DNA from: Ylistrum balloti
Lineage: Eukaryota
Assembly: GCF_031769215.1 (NCBI RefSeq)
Contig: NW_026782105.1
Span: 620,001 to 684,000 of the forward strand
Direction of reading: 5' to 3'
Length of the DNA stretch: 64,000 nucleotides
This document shows positions 13,301 to 25,300 of the stretch, piece by piece. A model generated the notes under the pieces. The model saw nothing but the letters and a program-made list of their open reading frames with translations. It did not search any database and was not told the DNA's origin. Every line of letters starts with the position of its first letter. Positions within the stretch are counted from its first letter, which is position 1. The position numbers and the translations under genes are program-made.

Positions 13301-16300
13301 GGTAATGGGTACTATTTGGGGTATCTATAGTGAGGCTGTGATACTACAGAGTACCAGTTGTGGTATTCATAGTGAGGCTGTGATACTACAGAGTACCAGT
13401 TGTGGTATTCATAGTGAGGCTGCAGTACTACAGAGTACTAGTAGTGGTATTTTTGCTGATGTTGTGGTACTTAAGGTACCATTTGTGGCATTTATGCTGA
13501 AGATGTGGTACTACAGGTACCAGTTGTGGTATTTATGCTGAAGATGTGGTACTACAGAGTACCTGTTGTGGTATTTATGCTGAAGATGTGGGACTACAGG
13601 TACCAATTGTGGTATTTATGCTGAAGATGTGGTACTACAGAGTACCTGTAGTGGTATTTATGCTGAAGATGTGGTACTTCAGGTACCTGTTATGGTATTT
13701 ATGCTGAAGATGTGGTACTACAGAGTACCTGTAGTGGTATTTATGCTGAAGATGTGGTACTACAGGTACCAGTTGTGGTATTTATGTTGTTGCTGTGGTA
13801 CTTAAGGTACCAGTTGTGGTATATACCAAAGGTTGTATATATGCTGAAGATATGGTACTACAGGGTTCCATTAAGAACACAATAGACCACAACAGGCACT
13901 GGTTCATCAACAAACAGTTACTACCTTAATGTTACACACTCAGAACTGTGGAATGTACTGCAGACCAAAATAGCATCAGCACTGCAAAAACAGGAGCGAA
14001 TTCACTTGGAGGCCAAGCATTTTTCCCAAGAGGGATAAAAACATAAGTATGCTGGCAAATGAATTGCTGGAAAGGGTTCAAAGACTTCTAGTTTAAAGTG
14101 TGTTATCAATTCAGAGAACTGCTCCACCAATTACAAGTCACAAAGAAAACGCTGTATGATCACTTAAATACTTTTATAATGAAACTGCTTGTAACCAATT
14201 GAAATTTCCTTTAACAACCTATCAAGATGCAGTTTACATTGCGAATGTTTAACTTTCAGGATATAATTCCTTCCAATTTATATACTCAGAAGAACTACGC
14301 AATATCAATAACTCCATTTATATAACATAGATGCTTTTTAGAGATGACTAACACATCCTAACATCAAACCCTAAAGAAACATCCAATCTTGAATTACTGA
14401 TTGGTAAAAACAACAATTAACGCATTGAAAGGTAGAGCAGGGACGGGAATATAAGTAAGTGTCCACGCCCAATGCTAACAACATCCTTCAGTCTACTACT
14501 CAACAGACATAAACATGGAAGAAGGCTGATGAAGTATGAGTCATTTTCACACTGGAATCTTAGAGAGGGTAAGAGAGTTCTATAAATACAACAATGCTTT
14601 CCCACATGCAGCTCCTTTCCACTCTAGGGAGAGGGAGGACAAGGTCACATGTGTAAGAAATAAGCTTCCAGCTCTGTATCTATTTCTGTAAAGCCTCACC
14701 CCCAAAGTCGGCTAGTGCAAAAGATGAGTCAAAGTTGAGTTCATCAAAGCATCAAACATTCTACACTAGTAAGCTAATAACACTAGAATATCTGTAATCA
14801 TGTTGTTTTGAACTCTAGATTTCAAACATTCTACACATCCTTCTGAAGGATGCCAGAAGTGTTCCTGGGTAAACATTTAAAAAGGAGTAAACAATGATGT
14901 CCTAATTTTGATGAATTAAAGAGAAAGGGGTCATGAGCACAAAATAAGAATAACTAGTAAATATCACTCTCTCTCCCCTCCCCCATCCCCAACCCTCCTC
15001 ACAAAATACAATGTAGGTGTTCTTTTGGTTACCATGGTGACTAAGAGCACCTTTTGAAAGAAAGTACCAATGCATTTGCAATCCAATCTTTCATCTTATT
15101 TGAACAATACTGTATATATTACCAATCAGCAGCCTCCATTGTGTTTCCATAGCAACAATTTTGGAAACATCTGATGTATCAAATAATAGGCTTTGATATA
15201 AAATTGAGCTATGGGCCATTACATAAACACATATGTATAGTGACCTGGTTACTTAGACAAGAGATGTTTTAGACATTTCAATTCTGATCAATCAGAACTC
15301 TCCATTATTCCCTTTGGTTACAGTTCTGGAAACACCTGTGTATCAAATTATAAGCTTTGATAAACATTTAATCAAGTTTCATTAAAATCAATCTACAGGG
15401 CACATGACTATGGGTAAAGTGGCCTGCTTACACTGGCACCAATAACACTTTATTAATAGTGATGGGATTCAACAACATAATTTTCTTAAAGGGAAGGGGT
15501 CCACAACACTATTTTCAATAGTGATAAGTGTCTACAACATACAATTTTTAATAGCTATCTAGTCTACAACACTATTTCTAATATTGATGGGGGTCTACAA
15601 CACATTTTTTTAATAGTGATGGGATATTTAACACTATATCTGATAGCAATGGAGGTCTACAAACCTATGGAGGAGAACTTTAAATCACCTTCTAACATGG
15701 AAGAAGGGGGCAACTCCACTATTTCTAATAGAGGACGGAGTATAACACCATTTCTTGTGGAAGACATCTAGAGTTGACCACCATTTCTTATGACATAGGT
15801 GATCTACCGTTTTAGTAATACTGAAAGGAGGTTTTCACACTTTCATGTAAGATGGGGTACACATCAGCTACTTTTCATAAAGGTGTGGGTCAAAATTCTG
15901 ATATAGTTTGGGCCACAGAGTCCAAAACAATGTGAGAACCTTTTTGGCAGGAATGTTGCTTATAAATGGGGATGAGATTTTCATTTCAGACATAGACATA
16001 GCTAGCATATCGTTTTAATGTTGAAACGTGATAGCCTAGTAATATCTCCATGTATCTTTTTATACACCATTAGAATTTTTTCAAATAAACAACATTTAAG
16101 TTTGATCAGGTAACATTACCAATGTTTTTTGATGTTTATAAACAATGTTTTCCCCTCAGTTTAGACACAGCTAGGAAACAGCATCTTGTGAAGATTAAGC
16201 CCAATGTTTCTATGTGATCAAACAGTGTCTGTGAATTTACCAATTCATATCAGGAGATCCATGAGGGAAAAGTCTGCATTTTAAAAATACAGAAAAAAAA

Positions 16301-19300
16301 AAATCTTTACGGATGTTTCTTGGTTTAACAAAAGATTTCATTAATGTTTTTTTGAACACATTTGTTAATATATGGAAAAGGCAATATCAGTGTTTATTGA
16401 TGAAACCATGTAAAAATCATTGAAATTTCAAAGCAGGACCACGCATTGGAAACATAGGCAATGGTCAATTGCAGTCAATCAGCTAAACTATGAGAAGAGG
16501 AACTATATGTTGAGAATATCTGGCCAATTTTTGCTCAGATGAAATGACCTAGATAAATTGAGGTGTCTGGTTTGGTGATGGGGGCTGCACATATGGGCAG
16601 TGGGATTGTTATTATGGGAGATAGCAACCTCGAGTAGGATGCTGGTGCCCAAAGGTCAACAGAGGTCAACAAAAGGAGATGGCAATCAGGACTCGAAATC
16701 AACAACTTCCTGTGTGTATGAAACAATCTGTATACTGACCTACTATAGTACGTTTATAGTACAATGACCTACTATTATGTAGTGTCTACTATGGCTTAAT
16801 CTTATTTAGTTTGTGTCTCCCTCCCAAAGTGTAAAATGGCCTAACCTTCAATAGGTAGTGTCTACCAGACAGACGTTACAATGGCCTAAACTTATATAGG
16901 AAGTGTCTACCAGTCAAATGTAAAATGACCTAATCTTACATAGTGTCTACCATGCAGGCCTTACAATGGCCTAACCTTAGATAGTGTCTACCAGGCAGAT
17001 TTTACAGTGGCCTAACCTTAGATAGTGTCTTACAAGCAGATTCTACAGTGGCCTAACCTTAGATAGTGTCTACCAGGCAGATTTTACAGTGGCCTAACCT
17101 TAGATAGTGTCTACCAGACAGATTTTACAGTTGCCTAACCTTAGATAGTGTCTTACAAGCAGATTTTACAGTGGCCTAACCTTAGATAGTGTCTAACAGG
17201 CAGATTGTACAGTGGCCTAACCTTTGATAGTGTCTACCAGGCAGATTTTACAATGGCCTAACCTTAGATAGTGTCTACCAGGCAGATTGTACAGTGGCCT
17301 AACCTTAGATAGTGTCTACCAGGCAGATTGTACAGTGGCCTAACCTTTGATAGTGTCTACCAGGCAGATTGTACAGTGGCCTAACCTTAGATAGTGTCTA
17401 CCAGGCAGATTTTACAGTGGCCTAACCTTAGATAGTGTCTACCAGGCAGATTTTTACAGTGGCCTAACCTTTGATAGTGTCTACCAGGCAGATTTTACAG
17501 TGGCCTAACCTTAGATAGTGTCTACCAGGCAGATTTTACAGTGGCCTAACCTTAGATAGTGTCTACCAGGCAGATTTTACAGTGGCCTAACCTTTGATAG
17601 TGTCTACCAGGCAGATTTTACAGTGGCCTAACCTTAGATAGTGTCTACCAGGCAGATTTTACAGTGGCCTAACCTTAGATACATAGTGTTTACCAGGTAT
17701 TATACTGACACATAGATGCCCTTAGATAGTGTGTACCAGGCAGATTTTACAGTGGCCTAACCTTAGATAGTGTCTACACCATATAGTTAAGGGCCTAACC
17801 TACATATACCAGACTTAATTTGCATTTTACAGTGGCCTAACCAAATTTCATATTTGTTTGGCAGATTTTACAGTGGCCTAACCTTAGATTCAGTATATAA
17901 CCAGCAGATTTTACAGTGGCCTAACCTGGCCTAACCTTTGATAGTGTCTACCAGGCAGATTTTACAGTGGCCTAACCTTAGATACATAGTGTTTACCAGG
18001 TATTATACTGACACATAGATGCCCTTAGATAGTGTTTACCAGGTATTATACTGACACATAGATGCCCTTTGATAGTGTGTAGTAGGTAGTCTCAAGAACA
18101 GCCTATTCAAAGAGTGTCTACACCATATAGTTAAGGTAATATTCCTACATATCAGACTTAATTTGCATTTGGTCAGTTCTGATGTTTGATTGCCCAAATT
18201 TCATATTTGTTTGGTCAACTTTATTGTTAACCCACATCAGTATTCACTTATATAACATATCAGCATGTGCTTGGCCTCATCACCTGTTTACCATCACCTG
18301 CTTACTAGGCCCCATCTCAGTGTAATCATGGCCCCATTTTGTGTTTACTTGGCTACATCTGGTGTTTGATTAACCCCATCTGGTGCTTACATTGCCCCAT
18401 CTCGTGTTAACATGACCCCATCATGTACTTGTATTTGGTTGGCTCCATCTCCTCTTTACTTGGTCCCTTCTCAGCAAAAACTTAGCACTATCTCATTTTT
18501 ATTTGGCCCCATCCTGTGTTTGGTTGGCCCCATCTCCTGTTTACTTTTCTCCATATCAGTGTTTACTAGACCCTGTCTCAGAGTTTACTTGGTCCTATTT
18601 CAGTGTTTACGTTGTGCCATCTCAGAGTTTAGTTGTCCCCATCCTGTGACTACTTGGCCCAACCTCCTGTTTACTTCGTCTCAACTCAGTGTTTACTTTG
18701 CACCATTTCATATTTACTTGGCCCCAGCCATCTCGGAGTTTACTTATTTGCCTATCTCAATGTTCACTTTACACCATCTCTTATTTTCTTGGCCCTATCT
18801 TGTGTTTCGTTGACCCCATCTCCTGTTTTCTTGGCCCTATCTTGTGTTTCGTTGACCCCATCTCCAGTTTTCTTGGCCCTATCTTGTGTTTCATTGACCC
18901 CCATCTCCTGTTTTCTTGGCCCTATCTTGTGTTTCGTTGACCCCATCTCCTGTTTTCTTGGCCCTATCTTGTGTTTCATTGACCCCCATCTCCTGTTTTC
19001 TTGGCCCTATCTTGTTTTCTTGGCGCTATCTTGTGTTTCATTGACCCCATCTCCTGTTTTCTTGGCCCCCATCTTGTGTTTCGTTGACCCCATCTCCTGT
19101 TTTCTTGGCCCTATCTTGTGTTTCATTGACCCCCATCTCCTGTTTTCTTGGCCCTATCTTGTTTTCTTGGCCCTATCTTGTGTTTCATTGACCCCATCTC
19201 CTGTTTTCTTGGCCCCCATCTTGTGTTTCATTGACCCCATCTCCTGTTTTCTTGGCCCTATCTTGTGTTTCATTGACCCCATCTCCTGTTTTCTTGGCCC

Positions 19301-22300
19301 CCATCTTGTTCCATCTTTACACATTTTAGTGTTTACTTAGCCCCATTTGGAACCTCTTGGGACATCATCCGTTTATTATTTGTATTCCTCTACATCCCTT
19401 CCTTGAGCTGAACTTAGTCTATCAATTTTTACTTGGCCCACTATCACTATCTACTTCATCTAATATTTATTTGATATACTCCACCTCATTATAAAGAACT
19501 TTTAATTTCATCCAAACCATGCTATTCAGAGCAATTATTTTAGATGTCATATTTAAGTACAGGGATTTTTGAAAAAAAAAAAATGCTCAACTTCAATAGA
19601 ACAAGCCAGCAATCAACTAAACACTTGACACACTTGTCAAACTATATAAATATTCATTACTTACAATTGACCTTTAATAGCAGAATCTAATCCCACCCTA
19701 TCTATCAATCCTTACTGAATACAAACACAAACAGTTGAGACACTTAAGCACCTGGTTCTATACACCACACCAAGTCCCTAGTTCTCTACAACCTTATCAG
19801 GGAACACCTAATGTATTAATTCAATAACATTTGCATCTATTAGAACCTACAGGATTAGCTTGTTGATAAGAAAGCTACAACCTTAACAACATGAACTACA
19901 AAGTTCTCAGACAAAATTGCATGAAAAGAACTAGCTTATGGTGATATAGGGAGGAGCGATATATAGGTACATATACTGGGTCAAGTAAATCAGTGGTAAC
20001 TCACACTTGGTCTAGGTCAGGATGTCAGTGGTAACTCACACTTGGTCTAGGTCAGGATGTCAGTGGTAACTCACACTTTGTCTAAGTCAGGATGTCAGTG
20101 GTACCTCACACTTGGTCTAGGTCAGGATGTCAGTGGTAACTCACACTTTGTCTGGGTCAAGATGTCAGCGGTAACTCACAGTTGGTCTAGGTCAGGATGT
20201 CAGTGGTAACTCACACTTGGTCTAGGTCAGGATGTCAGTGGTAACTCACACTTGGTCTAAGTCAGGATGTCAGTGGTAACTCACAGTTGGTCTAGGTCAG
20301 GATGTCAGTGGTACCTCACACTTGGTCTAGGTCAGGATGTCATTAGTACCTCACAGTTGGTCTGGGTCCAGGATGTCATTAGTACCTCACAGTTGGTCTG
20401 GGTCCAGGATGTCATTAGTACCTCACAGTTGGTCTGGGTCCAGGATGTCAGCGGTAACTCACACTTTGTCTGGGTCAAGGATGTCAGTAATAACTCACAG
20501 TTGGTCTAGGTCAGGATGTCAGTGGTAACTCACACTTGGTCTAGGTCAGGATGTCACTTGGTCTAGGTCAGGATGTCATTAGTACCTCACACTTGGTCTA
20601 GGTCAGGATGTCATTAGTACCTCACAGTTGGTCTGGGTCCAGGATGTCATTAGTACCTCACAGTTGGTCTGGGTCCAGGATGTCATTAGTACCTCACAGT
20701 TGGTCTGGGTCCAGGATGTCATTAGTACCTCACAGTTGGTCTAGGTCAGGATGTCAGTGGTACCTCACAGTTGGTCTGGGTCAGGGTGTCATTAGTACCT
20801 TACAGTTGGTCTAGGTCAGGATGTCAGTGGTAACTCACACTTTGTCTGGGTCAAGGATGTCAGTAGTAACTCACAGTTGGTCTAGGTCAGGATGTCAGTG
20901 GTAACTCACACTTGGTCTAGGTCAGAATGTCAGTGGTAACTCACACTTTGTCTGGGTCAAGATGTCAGCGGTAACTCACACTTTGTCTGGGTCAAGGATG
21001 TCAGTAATAACTCACAGTTGGTCTAGGTCAGGATGTCAGTGGTAACTCACACTTGGTCTAGGTCAGGATGTCATTAGTACCTCACACTTGGTCTAGGTCA
21101 GGATGTCATTAGTACCTCACAGTTGGTCTGGGTCCAGGATGTCATTAGTACCTCACAGTTGGTCTGGGTCCAGGATGTCATTAGTACCTCACAGTTGGTC
21201 TGGGTCCAGGATGTCATTAGTACCTCACAGTTGGTCTAGGTCAGGATGTCAGTGGTACCTCACAGTTGGTCTGGGTCAGGGTGTCATTAGTACCTTACAG
21301 TTGGTCTAGGTCAGGATGTCTGTGGTACCTCATTTATTTGGTTAGATCAATTAAATAAATTGAACTACATATACAGCCTGGGTCAAGTTGGTCAGTAGAA
21401 CCTAATATGTATTCTCAAGTCTGGATCAGGTATATTAACATTTCCACTTAGGTCATGTTTAATTTTTGACTTATGTTATTTTAGTCCAGATGTTCTAAAC
21501 ATGTCATATTAATGTACATAGAATTTCCTGCCTCTGAATGAACAATCCTTTGTCTAGCTTAGTAGATAAGTTTCTAGCTAAGTGGATGTTCTTCAAGGTC
21601 TGGTTTGTTTAGATTTTGGTTTCTTACCAACTAACAGGTATACCAAGTAGGTACAAGGCAGTAACTACAAGTTCAGTTGATAACTCTCGGGTAGAGTTTC
21701 TTTTATCTGTAGTAAACCTCATTTCCACAATATCATATAACACTATAGAAATAGGGCTGATTTTCTTACCCTCAGGAGTATCAACATGTGTATTGATCCA
21801 ATAAGATTTATAATTTCTTTCCATCTTTGTAAATATCAAATTACTTCATTGATCTCCTACTTACTCTACACAAAAAGAAATCTAATCCAATAATGCTCTT
21901 ATAATCATCCTGACTAGTGCTTTATTTCTGATTTTTTTTACTTTAGCGAGTATATTTTCTTTGTATACTGTATAAAGTTCTCAGGACTGACTATCAAATT
22001 TGTTACCACCAAGGGGATACACATCATAAAGGAAGGATATGAATTTGATACAGGAGAATGTGAATTCTGATAGTATCAATGCTTTATCTATCTCCTTCAC
22101 AGCATTCACATCAAATAAAAACAAAAACAAGGTATGGGATTCCTTAAAAATTTCCACAATTTGTTTTCCCTCATTCCAATTTTTGTACGTATTTCACATG
22201 ACATTTCGGTAAAGTTGTTTTTTCTTCCACATTAGTTGTCTGCTTTTGTTTTTAATGCACATGCGAGTCTATCACAGATTAATATGAGCAGTCCATACAA

Positions 22301-25300
22301 AACCTCGGCAGTTAGAAAGTGCAGCCTGTTCATAGTAAGATAGTAAGAGTTTGGTTCCATTTACAAAAAACCCATTATCTTATCTATCAGTGGCAATTGT
22401 ACAATGGTTCAATGATTCAGATATCTATTACATATATACATTTAAAACAGTAAAAATTTCCTATCCTGACACCCTGTCTTACCTAACTTATCAACTCTAC
22501 TAATCAAGAAAACCTGTTTATTTTGACATTCTGCCTAATGTCACTTTTGTCCTATTACAGTTTGCAGTAGATATAATCCCAGCTACTTTTCCTAGTTCCC
22601 ACCAATCGAGTTGGCCATATCCTGTTATATTTCTTCCCGCCCAGCAGAATTACACAATGTTACACCCCATCCCAACCTCAGACATGTCTGAAAGATAAGA
22701 ATCAATTCATTAGCAGGTTGATATCTGCCCGACTTCATCAGTCTGCCATGGTCCACATTGTGTACTGGGATAGAGAGAGCCTTGTATTGGTGTAGTCAGT
22801 AATGTATAGCCACTGCCCAATACCCACTAATAATTACATACAAGTTACATACAACTGTCACTGTTAAAATAAGGATAACTCAGTGTCAAGTCAGTTCTGT
22901 CTAAACAAAACCAAGGTGATTAATCAGGTTCTGTGATTAACCAGAAAGTTCTATGTACTCGGTGATTAACCAGAAAGTTCTATGTACTCCGTGATTAACC
23001 AGAAAGTTCTATGTACTCGGTGATTAACCTAAAAGTTCTATGTACTCCATGATTAACCTAAAAGTTCTATGTACTCCGTGATTAACCAGAAAGTTCTATG
23101 TACTCCGTGATTAACCTGGAAGTTCTATGTACTCCGTTATTAACCTGAAAGTTCTATGTACTCGGTGATTAACCTAAAAGATCTATGTACTCCATGATTA
23201 ACCTGAAAGTTCTATGTACTCGGTGATTAACCAGAAAGTTCTATGTACTCGGCGATTAACCTGAAAATTCTATGTACTCGGTGATTAACCTGAAAGTTCT
23301 ATGTACTCCATGATTAACCTGAAAGTTCTATGTACTCCGTGATTAACCTGAAAGTTCTAAGTACTCCATGATTAACCTGAATGTTCTATGTACTCCGTGA
23401 TTAACCTGAAAGTTCTATGTACTCCATGATTAACCAGAAAGTTCTATGTACTCCGTGATTAACCTGAAAGTTCTATGTACTCCGCTATTAACCTGAAAGT
23501 TCTATGTACTCCGTGATTAACCTGAAAGTTTTATGTACTGTGTGATTAACCTGAAAGTTCTATGTACTCCGTGATTAACCTGAAAGTTCTATGTACTCCG
23601 TGATTAACCTGAAAGTTCTATGTACTCGGTGATTAACCAGAAAGTTCTATGTACTCCGTGATTAACCTGAAAGTTCTATGTACTCCGTGATTAACCTGAA
23701 AGTTCTATGTACTCCGCTATTAACCAGAAAGTTCTATGTACTCCGCTATTAACCAGAAAGTTCTATGTACTCCGCTATTAACCAGAAAGTTCTATGTATT
23801 CCGTGATTAACCTGGAAGTTTTATGTCAGTTTTACAAGGTAATTAAGTATGGAATATGCTCTATAATAAGCATACAAAGTAATGCTCATAGTAAATGAAT
23901 GTCAACAGTACTTTTGGCTAATATTGATGTAAAACATACTTTATAATTAGTCACATAGTGTTTACAAAGTGTCAACAAAAGTCTATAAAATACCATTCTC
24001 TTTCACACTGTTAAATCATATAACTACAAGAATGAACAGATTATTTAATTTTCTTTCCGAAGCCCATTAACGTAATATATACCTCCTGAATGAGCCATTA
24101 AATTGTATATTGTAAAACGAACTGATATTGACCGACATGGAACCTTACAGTTTATCAAGCTACTGATCTGGTGTCATATACTATGTAACTTACATTAGAG
24201 TTTCAATGTCATTAAGATATGGCTTTACAAATATCGTGTAACCGAATCCAGAATTTACTGGTATTATATCAACCCTAGTAAATTGTAAAATTATTTTGAA
24301 AAAACGTACATTAAGTATAAATGCCAAATGGTCATTCATCAGGCTATATTAATGAATCATAAAAATCATAATTACAGGTTAGAACTATGGCTATCATATG
24401 ACACAATAACAGGAAATATGCTGACCGGCCGTGATATTGACGATAACCCATAAGAACTTCCATACAATGACCCTGATCCACCTCCAAGGCTTGATAAGCT
24501 GCTCGTCGACCCAGATCGAGAACTGTAGTTGGACCCAAGGCCTGAACTCATCCCAGAACTTAATGGAACAGAGCTAGTAGAACTTCCATAGGAATTTCCA
24601 TATAGTCCACTTGTATAACTTCCTGTCAGGCTGCTGGGATAGCTCCCCAAGCTGTACCGATTATGGTATGAACCGTAAGACATAGTTATTGGTATATCCC
24701 AACTTTCGAAAAAAAAGTGTAGATGTGTGATTGATGTGGAAGTGTGTTGAAGCTGAAGGAATTCTGTACACCAAATCTACACAAGTACATTGTTCATGAT
24801 GCAGCCAGAAACCTAAAATCTCAGCACTAATATATCTAGATAAGGTGACTGAATCTAACACAGATCAGCACCTGTAGGCTGGCATAATGTCACTCCAAAA
24901 TCTAGGCACAAGTTGATGTGGAGATCTTTATACCGTGTGTTGGACCCTTACACTGTTACATCATGTAAAACAATTTTGTACAGTTTTTCACACCCATAGG
25001 GCTTTGTTTCCCAAAACACCTGTCTCTGTGACTCCAGGGGAGCTGTTAGTCCTAGGTGGGCTGGGAGGGGGAAGTCGAAAGTAATGATGTATAATTAACA
25101 ATGATGAGGTATGCACTGTAGTTGTGAGCCAGTGTAAATGTTAGCATGCTTGTCTGCTAGAACACTTCCTGAAAATACCAGAAATACAACATGTAGGTGT
25201 TTCCTCACACTAGGAACATAGTCCCCCTCCACACACATCAAACTTATGCCAGCAGCATCAACTTTGTTCAATTCAGCGTATGGTATGGTCCATCTGGTAC

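Noticed and set aside
16535-16726. Acceptor at 16710 with ORF RKLLISSPDC...
   Set aside because: Phase 0 hits TGA after 7 codons, the open frame is phase 2 (incompatible with the host intron), and there is no recognisable homology.
18412-21309. ORFs of 62-235 aa in the 42-bp and 35/36-bp arrays
   Set aside because: Translations of tandem repeats.
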